Assembly: GCF_001194135.2 (NCBI RefSeq)
Contig: NC_068988.1
Coordinates: 2,403,380 to 2,467,379, forward strand
Source: Octopus bimaculoides
Taxonomy: Eukaryota
DNA length: 64,000 nt
Direction of reading: 5' to 3'
Under the pieces are notes generated by a model, which did not search any database, had not been told where the DNA came from, and saw nothing but the letters and a program-made list of their open reading frames with translations. Below, one piece after another: positions 1 to 11,189 of the stretch. The translations under genes and the position numbers were made by a program. Positions within the stretch are counted from its first letter, which is position 1. Every line of letters begins with the position of its first letter.

Positions 1-80
1 TGGTTGGCATTAGGAAGGGCATCCAGCTGTACAAACATTGCCAGATCAGACTGGAGTCTGGTGCAGACTCTTGACTTTCC
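1..80 (+). mobile_element. RTE-tail SINE-like repeat (family B), fragment cut by window start
   Basis: Diagnostic tggttggcattaggaagggcatccagctgt motif, seen many times in this window and continuous with the RTE fragment at 57720-58515. Confidence 0.8.
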
Positions 81-1160
81 AGTGGTTACATTAGCCTGTC
101 ATTGACCCCATTAAATATTTTTTAAAAACTGCATGACCCCAGCTGTTTTCACTGAGTAATTAAAAATATAGTGAAACATCAGTTGATGAATTTAATTCAT
201 TCCTCAAGGCTGTTTGTCAATCGAAATGTTTGTAAACCAAAACTATTTTTCCCATGGGAAATCCAAGAGAAGGCGAATTCAAGCAAGTCTGTGAACTGAA
301 TGAAAGCCAGACAGCAGCTGATGCTCTCCCTTTGATACTCCCAGCACGGTGCCAACCATTGTTGCTGAATTGCATGTTTGTTTCTTGAGACAACGCTTGT
401 CACCTGAGATGTTTAATGTTAAAACAATTGATCATATACTGATTTGGTCAGGACGAGAGGTGTTTGTAAAGTGACGAGGGGTGTTTGTAAAATTGAATAC
501 AGGTGCAAATGTAACTGTGTGGTGAAGAAATTTGTTTCTCAACTCTTTGGTTTTGAGTTCAATTTTTGGGTTCAGATAGTTTTAGTAGAAACCATAAAAA
601 TATCTGTTAACTTTAAATTCTTAAAATACATTTAAAAACATGATCTCTAAAAGCCTGCTCTTATATTACTGCTTTTGTTTTATTGGTCTTACCTACATAG
701 AAAGGCTTCCGTAGCAAATGAATGTAGATGACTTATGATGAACAGCAATATCAATCAATAGGTTATTAGCACAATTGAATTGGAGAAAGAAGGAATTGAT
801 TGTAAGATATTTCATACTTTTGTGGAGTTGATTGAATCGAAATATTTTGATTTCAGATCGGAAACGATCTGTTGAGTTCACAACTAATGTATGATCAGTT
901 CATTGAATCTATATCAAGAATAGAGAAAATATCTCTTATTCAATTCATATTTGAAAAAAGTATCCCAAATATATTAAAGCTAATAGAGCCTGAAGGAATT
1001 CTCTTTATTCTATTCTTACAAATAATCTGGAAAGCTGCCAGCAAGCTGACAATGGAAGAAAGTTGAGATTCAGTGAAATGAAGAAGTGCTGAGGAGAAAA
1101 GTTGGAGAGGAACAGCAAAGTAGGGTCTCACCAAGAAAATTGTACAGGATTGAGTTGAAT
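81..1160 (+). mobile_element. Highly degenerate hAT (Charlie-like) DNA transposon relic
   Basis: Starts cagtggttac...gaccccattaa, resembling a Charlie-type left end. Stop-riddled peptides at 690-1100 (IFHTFVELIESKYFDFRSETI; SQLMYDQFIESISRIEKISLIQF) loosely resemble the hAT C-terminal half. Resemblance only. Confidence 0.35.
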
Positions 1161-1404
1161 GAAGGAATGTTGTGGTCTTGCCTAACTGTAGCCCTTATTG
1201 ATAAATGGGAAAGAACACGATGCGGATGATGGGTTGGGTATATCTTTGTGGTGATGGTGGAGGTGATTGTGGTTACCTGATGATTAAGGTATCTGTGGCA
1301 TTTAATTCCAATAATTAATATTAGAGATGATGTTTGGGTGGTGAGTTGGCACAATCGTTGGCACATTGGGCAAAATGCTCAGTGACATTTTGTCCATCTT
1401 TACA

Positions 1405-1720
1405 TTCATCATCATCATCATTGTTTAACGTTCGTTTTCCATGCTGGCATGGGTTGGACGGTTTGACTGAGGACTGGCAAGCCAGGAGGCTGCATCAGGC
1501 TCCAGTCTGATCTGGCAATGATTCTACAGCTGGATGCTCTTCCTAAAGCCAACCATCCTGAGAGTGTAGTAGGTGCTTTTTATGTACCAACAGCACAGGA
1601 GCCAGCTGGGGAGGGGACGGGGGATTTGGACTGGCATTGACCACATTCGAATGGTGCTTATTACATGCCACCAGCATGAGAGCCAGTCAAGCAGCACTGG
1701 CATTGATTTCGATTTTGATT
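1405..1720 (-). mobile_element. RTE-tail SINE-like repeat (family B)
   Basis: Reverse-strand copy with (CAT)n tail at about 1406-1422 and ctacagctggatgctcttcctaaagccaacc. Confidence 0.8.
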
Positions 1721-1885
1721 TTGATTTTTAATTTAAATTCTGCTTAAGTTGACTTTGCTTTCATGCTTTGTGGAGTGGGGGGTAGTAAAATAAATATCAG
1801 TTGAACCCTGGGGGGTGGGGATCGATCTAGCCCTAACCCTGCCCCTACTCGACTTACACTTGAAACCAATATTAGAGATTGCTTT

Positions 1886-2068
1886 AAGGCAGTGAGCCAG
1901 GCAAAATACATAGTAGCATTACATTCTGAGTTCAAATTCAACTGAGGTCAATTTTGCCTTTCATCCTTTCGGGGACAATAAAATAAGTACCAGTTGTGTA
2001 CTGGGGAGTCAATGTAATTCACTAAGCTCCTTCCTCCAAAATTACTGGCCTTGTGTCAAAATTTGGAG
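1886..2068 (+). mobile_element. tRNA-derived SINE (family A)
   Basis: B-box-like ctgagttcaaattc followed by the family core ttttgcctttcatcctttcgggg..ataaaataagtaccagtt. Ends approximate. Confidence 0.8.
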
Positions 2069-2649
2069 TCAGTTTTAGGGATAGCTTTGACTCTATTGAG
2101 TTTGGGATGATGTTGGTTAGGTGTTATTATAAGAAATAATAATTGAATATGACTCTATGTTGTGGAAGGAAGAATGCTTGCATTTCATGCCTCAAAATGA
2201 AAGTAATTTCTGTGACTTTGGAGTGACTAATACCCAAAGGATCCTTCACAGAAGGGGACAATCATTTTTATCATGAAACTAAAAAGAGTCTCTGATGTAC
2301 CTTCAAATATCTTTGGTAGTAAAGTATAGAATCACAGATAATGCTTGGATGTGACATGCTCTCTCTAAAAATATGGCAGTGTGTCTTTGAGATTTTGAGT
2401 AAATTTCTGACTGTTTATAGATACGAAGGAAGTGTTAAATGTAATAGATTCAGAATTGGTTGAACTCAGATGAAATATTTTAACTGAAGGGGTGACAGTA
2501 CAAACACTCCGTTATAGAAAATCTAATTTGCATTAAAAATTAAAACATATTCAAAACTGCAAAAATAATGACTTTTAACTTCAACACAAGGCCAATAATT
2601 AGATGTGTGTGTGTGTGTGAAGGGAGGTGGGTGTAGTTGGTTTCAGGCT

Positions 2650-2857
2650 TTCATTGCTAATATTTTTGTGAAAATAGATTGTTTTTATTTTAATTAATTT
2701 CGAAAATAATGAAGAGCATAATTAAATAACTTTGTTATTATCAAGCTGATTTTTGGGTCATAAATTAACATGAAATTTTAATAGGAAATTTTAATTTCTA
2801 TCACTTTAAAATAGAAAGATGGTGCCATGGGTCTCAGGTAGTTTGATGTCAAAAGGG
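2650..2857 (-). mobile_element. TTAA-ended (piggyBac-like) MITE, partial copy
   Basis: Ends ...tgtcaaaagggTTAA. Body similar to the reverse complement of 21853-22074 and 3168-3378. Confidence 0.55.
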
Positions 2858-3167
2858 TTAATTAATCCCCAAATATTATTGGTATTAATTTTATCAACCC
2901 TAGAAAAATGAAAGGCAAAGTTAGTATTGGTATGATTTGATTTCAGAACATAATGGAGCACATGTGATATTGGGCTGACTTTTATCTGAAATGAGTATTT
3001 TGAAGAAGTAATCTGTAACTTCATTTTTACCCCAGCCCTGGGTCCAAGGATGCTTTTAATGGAGTACAGTTTGTTAATGTAAATAAACCTCCTTCCTTTT
3101 TCCCAGCAAGTCATTAAAGTGGCTCTGGAAAGGTTTATGGGTGCTATCCTTCTTTCCCTTATTCATG

Positions 3168-3378
3168 CCTTTGATGCCAACCCTCCTGGGACCATCTCTG
3201 GTTCTACAATACAGATTTTCTGTTTTAAAGTGATGTAAAAACCTTCCATTGCAATTTCACATTAATTTATATTCCAAACATCAGCTTGTTTTTTTTTATT
3301 TTACTAAATTCTTTCTTATTTTCAAAGTTAATTGAAACAAAGTACTGTACTTCATTAGAAATATGGTAATGAAAAAGG
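3168..3378 (+). mobile_element. TTAA-ended (piggyBac-like) MITE, diverged copy
   Basis: cctttgatgccaaccc...ggaccatctctggttctac start and atatggtaatgaaaaaggTTAA end match the 21853-22074 element. Confidence 0.55.
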
Positions 3379-4335
3379 TTAAGCCATAAGAAAATAATTT
3401 TATCTTCCACTGCAACAATAATAACAAAAGCAAATTTGTGAAATTGCTGTAATAAAACATTTACATTCCCATTTTTTTACATTTGAAAAAAATTTTGTAT
3501 ACTATCTTTCTCATAGTATCTTTATGTCCAAAGTGTGAGGATGGGTGATATTGTTAAAATACTAGTATGTAATTATTGTTAACCTACATAAAAATAGATT
3601 TAAAAAATCATATAAGAAATACATAAAACCTTGCTAAAAAATACAGAAGCTTTTCTTTTGTGTCTTTCATTCCCCACCACCCTTATAATGAAGAAACAGT
3701 TACTAGACTGCTATTTATAATGAAGGAAAGAAATAGAAAATAAAATATTTGCCATTTAATGACAGTAAATCATAAAGACAGTTTTTGTGGAAGAAACATA
3801 TGATATAGTTGATTGAATCAATCATAGTGTGTTATTGGTTATTACTTTATTGATCTTCAAATGATTCAGGATGAAATAGACTTACATGACTTTTGAATGT
3901 AACAAGATAAATTTATTACAATGAATTAGCTACCAGCAAACATTTAACCTGTCTCACAACCATAACTGCCAACTCAATCATTTGTGATAAACAGAAAAAA
4001 AACTATAAACTTAAGATAAAACCAAAACTCAACAAAATTCTGTAGATCTTGCTGTTTGTTGTTCAGTTCCTAGCTAGTGTTTATTGAGCGGAATTATGGC
4101 TGTAGATGACTAATTTAAATACAAATTTCAGTCCAAGACTAATTTTCCCAGATGCATCTTACTTCTTATACCTAGAGAAGAACCATACTTTACTTTTCAC
4201 ACAAAAAAAAAAAGATATTGGAATGATTGCGATGTTGTAACAAAATGAGATGAAAAAATTCTGTTTTTATCATTTTGGAAATTAGAGATTCTAAATGTGT
4301 TGTTTTGAACCTGACATAATATTATTGCAGTCTAT

Positions 4336-4410
4336 ATATTGTTATTGTACTTTAAATATTGTCATTGTACTTTAAATATTGTTATTGTACTGTACATATT
4401 GTCATTATGA
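4336..4410. repeat. 20-bp minisatellite, about 3.7 copies
   Basis: Unit atattgtYattgtactttaa starts at 4336, 4356, 4376 and 4396, with T and C alternating at one site. Confidence 0.85.
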
Positions 4411-4856
4411 CAATACCAATATGTTGGGTACAATAACATCTGGTGACCTCAGAGAAGGTTTGTAAGTTGTTGATGTTTAGTCTCAGGTGAGCTCTGTTAA
4501 ACGAATGTATAATTAATTACTGTCAACAACACCGTTTTTCAAAAAAAGTGTTGGATATTGCATTTTTTTGGTACAATTTGTACTTTGAATAAACAATGAA
4601 GAACAAATTGTAACAGTGGTGGCTTTCTTGGTTGATAACATTTTTACATTTAAAAGCATATTTCTTATTGAACATGTGGAGATGGAGTATAATTGTGGCT
4701 AGAGTTTTCAATCATTGACAAAGCTACAGAGCTTGCATGCATGTGCATGCACACACGTGTATGCGTATGTGTGTGCGTGCATGCATGTGTGTGTGTGTTG
4801 AGATGACAATGGGAAAGTGATTGAAAGAGAATTGAAGGTTGTTTGTTATGTGACAG

Positions 4857-4906
4857 GTGTATGAAACAGAATATTATGACCGGAGAAGAGTTATCCTATT
4901 GATGAG
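4857..4906 (+). CDS. Candidate 50-nt internal exon, copy 1 (VYETEYYDRRRVILLM), unidentified gene
   Basis: CAG acceptor at 4854-4856 and a perfect GAG|GTAAGT donor. Only the phase-0 frame is open. Differs from copy 2 at 1 of 50 nt while the flanks are much more diverged. Confidence 0.45.
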
Positions 4907-4992
4907 GTAAGTCAGCTGCTCAGAGTATCTACATACTTCCCAAAGCAAGGTGCCTTACTTGAACAGAAGTCTCTTCTAATAATGGTATTTGG

Positions 4993-5236
4993 GAGGGTAG
5001 TGAACTGACAGAATCATTAGCACACCAGACGAAATGCTTAACAGTATTTCGTCTGCTGTTATGTTCTGAGTTCAAATCCCGCTGAGGTCGACTATACCTT
5101 TTATCTTTTTGTGGTCGATTAAATAAGTACCAGTTACACACTGGGCCAATATAATCGACTTAATCCTTTTGTCTGTCATTGTTTGTCCCCTCTATGTTTA
5201 ACCCCCCCACCCCCCACCGTGGGCAATAAAGAAATA
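4993..5236 (+). mobile_element. tRNA-derived SINE (family A), full length with 15-bp target-site duplication
   Basis: TSD aataatggtatttgg at 4978-4992 and 5237-5251. B-box gttctgagttcaaatccc. The paralogous segment near 7975-7998 lacks the insertion. Confidence 0.9.
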
Positions 5237-6169
5237 AATAATGGTATTTGGAAATGCCTTCCCCATGGAGTGAGACAAATTAGGTTAGTTGGTTGGTCAA
5301 GATTGAATACACAATATTAATTTTTTTTCATAGAAATGGAAGAAAAAGATGGAAATTTTATGTGAATTTATTCATATCTCATCTAAGTTTATATTATCCA
5401 ACAATTCCTTTCTTATTTGAAGACAGCAGAGAGTGATATGAAGATTTGTCTATTTTTTTCTGAAATGTCATGGAAACATAGTCTTCAATTCTTGACACAA
5501 GAATTTTGACATTTGTCCTAAATACAGGCATACAGTCTGAATCTATGATATAATTAAGAAGAGGACTATGTAGATTGAAGGTGGTGGGCAAGGATGTATT
5601 GTTATACTAGAGTGTTATTCATCACATACAAGATAACTTTAGAAGTATACTTTTACCACAATGGCGTAATATAAGCAGATATGGCATTTCCACAATAATT
5701 ATGATTTAATTTTCATCAAATTTCTTGGTGTTTATTCAAAAGGATGAAACGAATATCATTCTGGAAAAAGAAAAAGAAGTGTTTAGTAAAATAAAATTAA
5801 ACAAAACAATATTCAAAATGTAGAAAAAAATTGTAAAAACAAAGTTACTGTTGATTTTATAATACAAATGTTCACACACACACACACATGCAATCTCTCT
5901 CATATATACATATATGTACATACATGCACACACACACACATACACACACATACACACACTCACAAACACACACACATAGACACAGACACACACATACACG
6001 CACATTCTGTGTTAAAGGAAGGAATGGTCACTAGTGAAAATTCTGTAAATAATAATGGTAATTCACTAATTATAAGCCTAAAGCTTATAAGTGTTTTCGT
6101 TGTGTTGGCTAAAGAAAATAATTTAATATTGAAGCATACAAGCCTTCGATGGAAGAAAGTGAGAATTAG

Positions 6170-6410
6170 TATGCACTGCCAGCCCCCTCTGGCCCCTGTG
6201 CTGGTGGCACAAAAAAAAAAAAAACGCACCCACTACCCTCTCGGAGTGGTTGGCATTAGGAAGGNNNNNNNNNNTCCAGTTGTAGAAACATTGCCAGATC
6301 AGACTGGAACCTGGTGCAGCCTCCTGGCTTCCCAGACTCCAGTCGAACCGGCCAACCCATGCCAGCATGGAAAATGGACGTTAAGCGATGGTGATGATGA
6401 TGATGGGAAT
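6170..6410 (+). mobile_element. RTE-tail SINE-like repeat (family B), spans a 10-N gap
   Basis: Family motif followed by ccaacccatgccagcatggaaaatggacgttaa and a (GAT)n tail. Confidence 0.8.
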
Positions 6411-6844
6411 ACTAATACTTACTTTCTTCCATCGAGAGCTTAAATGCCTCAATATTAGACTGTTTTCTTCAGTCAACATAAGGTAAACGCTTATAACTTA
6501 TAATTATTATTATTTACAAAATATGTGTGTGTGTGTGTGTTTGTGTACACCACAAGCCAGCTTGGAAAACAGATGTTAAAGGATGATGATGATGATTCTT
6601 TCTCCTCCTTCTCTTCTGTTTCTCTGACTTTTTCTCTCTCACAGTGTATGTGCAGCACCCAGTTACTCATTGCCCATCACCAAGCCTAGTATGTGCGCCC
6701 ATTCTGTTCCTCTCAGTATTTGACTCTCTTAGTATCCCTCTTTTACCCTGTCATCACCTCTCTCTGTACAATGTGTGACTGGAGAAACCAACTAACAAAC
6801 ATTTACATCAGCCATTATTAAACAGAGATTTTAACACAGTGAAC

Positions 6845-7052
6845 AGGTAGAATTATTGGTAGGCCAAACGAAATGTTTTGCAGCATTTTCTCTGTCTTTA
6901 AGTTCTGAGTTCAAATTCTGCTGGGGTTGACTTTGTCTTTCATCCTTTCAGGGCTAACGAAATAAGTACCAGTTAGACACTGGGCGTCAATGTAGTTGAC
7001 TAAATCCCTCCCCACAAACTTCAGGTTTTGTACCTATAACAGAAAGCATTAT
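6845..7052 (+). mobile_element. tRNA-derived SINE (family A)
   Basis: gttctgagttcaaattc...ctttcatcctttcaggg..aaataagtaccagtt core. Confidence 0.75.
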
Positions 7053-7608
7053 TGAACAGAGGTCGTGAGGAATTGTCTGTTTTCATAATGATATGCAAAG
7101 AATTATTGTCAGTTTGTGACTTCAATAAGTCTTACAAACCCTATGAATTCTTGTTGTTCTTTGGCCCTGGGATTTTGGGTGGATGAAATGTGGGTTTCAG
7201 TTGTTATTGGTTTATGCTGTCTGTTTAGTAACAAGTAGGACTATATCATCCAGTGTTTCTTCCCTTTTCCAACTCAGTAGAATGTGAGTTGAGGGAGATT
7301 TAGTTCTTATTTCTAGCACTTCAGATGACCATGTGCAATCTCCATTATCGACCTGTTGAATTGTTGATGTTACTAATTACTTTGCATAATGTTTTACTGC
7401 TTCACTTGTCGTTTATTCTGGATACAAATATTTGCCAGTTTTTCTGCTTTTCTCTGCTTCATTTTCTTTATTTCCTTGTTTCATTGTTTGATGCTAACTT
7501 TTATTTCCTTTGCATGTGGTGTTGGCGTTACATTTCAGCTTCTCCCTGGTAATTATCATGTTGGCTATTTGCCCTGCAACATACACTTCTATTTTATCTT
7601 CTTTTTAG

Positions 7609-7665
7609 TTTTTGGAAATTTTTACTGATATTCCATTCAATGTCTGTACTGCAACATCTATGTTG
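7609..7665 (+). CDS. Candidate 57-nt phase 0-0 exon (FLEIFTDIPFNVCTATSML)
   Basis: Strong pyrimidine tract cttctattttatcttctttttAG and a TTG|GTAATT donor. Would join in frame to the exon at 7857. No homology recognised. Confidence 0.25.
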
Positions 7666-7856
7666 GTAATTGCAATGATGTGGGATTCTGCACGCCATAA
7701 TCCTATCACTTGGACGAAACCGTTCCAAGGATCATCTTCAAAATCTGAAATTCTTTTTATTCACATGTGCGTGCATGTGTGTGTGTGTTGTGATGACAAT
7801 GGGCAAGTGACTGAAAGAGAGTTGAAGATTGTTTCTTATGTGATTGCAATGGACAG

Positions 7857-7906
7857 GTGTATGAAACAGAATATTATGACTGGAGAAGAGTTATCCTATT
7901 GATGAG
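7857..7906 (+). CDS. Candidate 50-nt internal exon, copy 2 (VYETEYYDWRRVILLM)
   Basis: CAG acceptor and GAG|GTAAAT donor. Single C>T (R>W) difference from copy 1. Confidence 0.45.
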
Positions 7907-8025
7907 GTAAATCAGATGCTCAGAATATCTACATACCTCCCAAAGCAGGATCTTTTGCTTGAACTGAAGTTGGTTCTAATTAGGATATTTGGAAATGGCT
8001 TAAAATGTTATTGATTCTCTTTATA

Positions 8026-8026
8026 A

Positions 8027-8059
<33 letters not shown>

Positions 8060-8290
8060 TTAACGTCCGCTCTCCATACTAGCATGGGTTGGGCGATTTG
8101 ACTGAGGACTGGTGAACCAGATGGCTACACCAGGCCCCAATCTGGTTTGACAGAGCTTCTACAGCTGGATGCCCTTCCTAATGCCAACCACTCCGAGAGT
8201 ATAGTGGGTGCTTTTATGTGCCACCTGCACGAAGGGCAGTCAGGCAGTACTGGCAACAGCCACGCTCAAAATGGTGTCTTTTAGGTGCCA
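8026..8290 (-). mobile_element. RTE-tail SINE-like repeat (family B)
   Basis: (ATC)n tail and reverse family motif. Head-to-head with the next copy. Confidence 0.85.
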
Positions 8291-8329
8291 CCTGAGCCAG
8301 TCCAGCCAGCCCAGCCAGTCCAAAGCAAC

Positions 8330-8698
8330 CATTCGAGCGTGATCGTTACCAGGGTCGCCTTCTGGCACTTGTGCTGGTGGCACGTTAGAAAATCATTCGA
8401 GCAAAGTCATTGCCAGTGCCGCTGGACTGGCTCATGTGCAGGTGGCATGTAAAAAACACCATTTTGAGTGTGACCGTTGCCAGTACCGTGTGACGGGCCC
8501 TCGTACCGGTGGCAAGTAAAAGCACCCACTACACTCTCAGAGTGGCTGGCGTTAGGAAGGGCATCCAGCTGTAGAAACTGCCAGATCAGATTGGAGCCTG
8601 GTGCAGCCTTTTGGCTTGCCAGTCCTCAGTCAAATCGTCCAACCCATGCTAGCATGGAAAAAGGACGTTAAACGATGATGATGATGATGATGATGATG
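8330..8698 (+). mobile_element. RTE-tail SINE-like repeat (family B), long form
   Basis: Family motif, internal ccagtgcc/gtggcac subrepeats and a (GAT)n tail. Confidence 0.85.
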
Positions 8699-10147
8699 TG
8701 TGTGTGTATGTATGTATATATATTGCAAAATGTTTTGCTAGAGTGCAAGTACTTACTTTCTTGTTTTGCAAAGTCAACTGAATAATTTATGTTCTCCAAA
8801 ATGTTTTCAGACATTTTCTTGTTTAAATGAACAATGTTTACAAATAGCTAAAGGCCAGAAGAAGAGAAGATGCAGATGTCGTAGGTCCTTTTAAAATTGT
8901 GGAAATTATCAATCAACAAATGATTTTTCATTGCTTCAGACGACTGATTAGGAGTAACACACATAAAAAATGACCAGCTAAGAGAGAGAGGAGAGAGTGG
9001 AAAGAAAAAGGGGAGAGAGAGGATAAGAGAGGGAGAGAGGGGGAAGAAAAAGTGGAAGAGAGGGAGAAGAGCGAGGGGGAGCAAGGAGAAGAGAGAGAGA
9101 GAAAGAGAGTGCAAAGTAACACGTTTGGTAGATGGCTTCTATTGAGAAGAGAAACCACGTACCAGGAGAAAAAAAGGGTTTGGTAGATGAAACAGTTGGC
9201 AGTTTGCTGATTACTCTTTGGGTACACATGACAATATGGGGAAATTGAGATGACAGCGGTCAAATAAGGGTATCACAGTTCCATAAAAAGAATGACTTTT
9301 AATCTGTTAGGATAATAATTCTGTATGTTTCAATTTTTAAGGGATGTTGAATGGATGCTTCATCAATTCAGTTATGTAACATGGGTTTGGACCATCCTGT
9401 GTGATAATCAAGTTGGTTGCTCCTTTCCTTAACTATAACACACCTTTAGCACCTGTGTATAAAGAGGCCACCTTGTGAAGTGGCCATGTTGGTTGCCCCC
9501 TTCCTGAATTGTAACATACTGTAGCAGTGATTCAAAACATAACTGCTAGACAACTGGTCAGGCACCATAACCAAACTACAATAGTTTCATGTTTCATGTG
9601 AGTGGTCAATTAAGCAACCAATCAGAGTCAAGCTGTGGCATGATGTTGTCTCCTAGAATCTCTTTCTTGTACCCTATAGAAGACCCCTTTCGCACCAAAC
9701 TCTATGCAGCATGTGGAGAGCAGCTGAGCAACATGGGCCTCCATTCCTGCCACGGTGATGTCTGAAGACATTTGTGCAGACAACCAAAGACCTTTGTCAC
9801 CATGAATATAACATAATTAATTTCATATGTGTTGGGTTGACTGTATACAGTTTTTTGTAATTTCAGAGCAGTGTCTCTTTCTCAGTCCATAATTATTAAT
9901 GTAATTAATTTAAATGGCCACACTGATTGTCTTTATGTGCAACAATAAATATTAAACAATGAAGCATCAGTGTTAAGCAGTGTGTAATTATGAGCAGAAT
10001 TAGATAAGTTGAAATATGTTTGTCACATATTTCAACTTCTAAAAGGCAAAAACACTGCAGTTACCATGGAGAATAAATCTCTCCTATGGTAAAAAAAAAA
10101 AAAGGTGTGAAAACACCCAGTTCATTTAGTGTTGGCATCTATTAGGA

Positions 10148-10194
10148 ATCTTAGACATCGATGTTTCAATCTACTTGGCTCTCGTCACTGAGAT
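10148..10194 (-). ncRNA. Degenerate minimal type I hammerhead ribozyme motif
   Basis: Minus strand reads ATCTCA-GTGACGA-GAGC caagta GATT-GAA-ACATCGATGT-C-TAAGAT: stem I, CUGANGA-like box, stem II, GAAA, palindromic stem III and GUC site. C3 and stem II are mutated. Confidence 0.65.
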
Positions 10195-10530
10195 GTACCT
10201 ACTAGAGGAAACTCTGAACAAACTTATAAAGCTGTAGTTTTATATATAATTTAGTCAACACTGAATGAACCAGGTGTTTTCACACCTTTTTACCATAAAA
10301 GAGATTTATTCTCCGTGGTAACTACAGTGTATTTGCCTTTTAGCAGCTGAAATATGTTTGCCACATATTTCAACTTACCTAATTCTGCTCATACTTACAC
10401 ACTGCTTAGCGCTGACACTTTATTTGCCTCAGTTGGGCAATCTACTTGTACAATTCAGTTAACGTGTGGTCTGAATTATATATAAAGCCATGGCTTTATA
10501 AGTTCGTTCAGAGTTGCCTCTCTTAGTTAC

Positions 10531-10577
10531 ATCCTATTGACAAGAGCCAAATAGCTTGAAATATCGATATCTGAGAT
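10531..10577 (+). ncRNA. Degenerate minimal type I hammerhead ribozyme motif
   Basis: Reads ATCCTA-TTGACAA-GAGC caaata GCTT-GAA-ATATCGATAT-C-TGAGAT. Same architecture as 10148-10194 with an AUC site. Core C3 and G8 are mutated. Confidence 0.6.
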
Positions 10578-11157
10578 TCTTAATAGATGACAACACTGAA
10601 TGAGTTGGGTGTTTTGAGACCCTTTTTTTTTTTATCATAAGAGAGATTTATTTTCCGTGGTAACTGCAATGTGTTTGCCTTTAGCAGTTGAAATATGTAA
10701 TAAAAATATTTCAAGTTATCTAATTGAGCTCAATAAATACTAAATATTTTAAATGTTTGCAAGTTTTGCTTCTGTTATTATTGATGCACTCGACGAAATG
10801 TATCCACATTGCATCAACCCAATCACCAATGTGACAATACTTTTGGTTACAGTAAATACCTGAATATAAAGTGGCCACCCTGCACGAAGAGAACATCTAA
10901 CACATCTCACCCTACACCCCTGCAATGGTTTCAATGGGCATTCCAGCTGTGTGAGTGATGGAACCAATTATTCATAGAATGATGGTCAAAACGGCTGAGT
11001 ATTCCATAGGCCTTCCTATCTTGAATGGTATTCTCATTTGTATTTTTGACACAACAGGTTAGGGTTTGAGGAAGAAATGGTTGTTATTTTTAGCAGATCA
11101 AAAGACAATGTGAGGGTTTCTTACTTTTATCATAATTATTTTTGTTACTCTTGTGTG

Positions 11158-11189
<32 letters not shown>

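Larger units (their letters stand above)
9968..10725. repeat. Complex fold-back repeat, Penelope pLTR-like, carrying two hammerhead-like motifs
   Basis: 9968-10134 is the reverse complement of about 10257-10414, and about 9997-10255 is the reverse complement of about 10470-10725. Internal 14-bp palindromic stem aagttgaaatatgt/acatatttcaactt at about 10006-10038. Confidence 0.85.

Noticed and set aside
4800-4850. EF-hand-like peptide DDNG(K/Q)V(I/T)EREL upstream of the duplicated cassette
   Set aside because: Most differences between the copies are non-synonymous in this frame, a 10-bp indel breaks it, and it starts inside a (GT)n repeat.
4857-7906. Naming the host gene SPEF2
   Set aside because: Based only on a short DWRR-type resemblance. 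No following PWP or LWF-containing exon was found, so the symbol is withheld.
9375-9849. Possible solo LTR (TG...CA with a CCAAT box at 9618)
   Set aside because: No convincing TSD, TATA box or poly(A) signal, and no second copy in the window.
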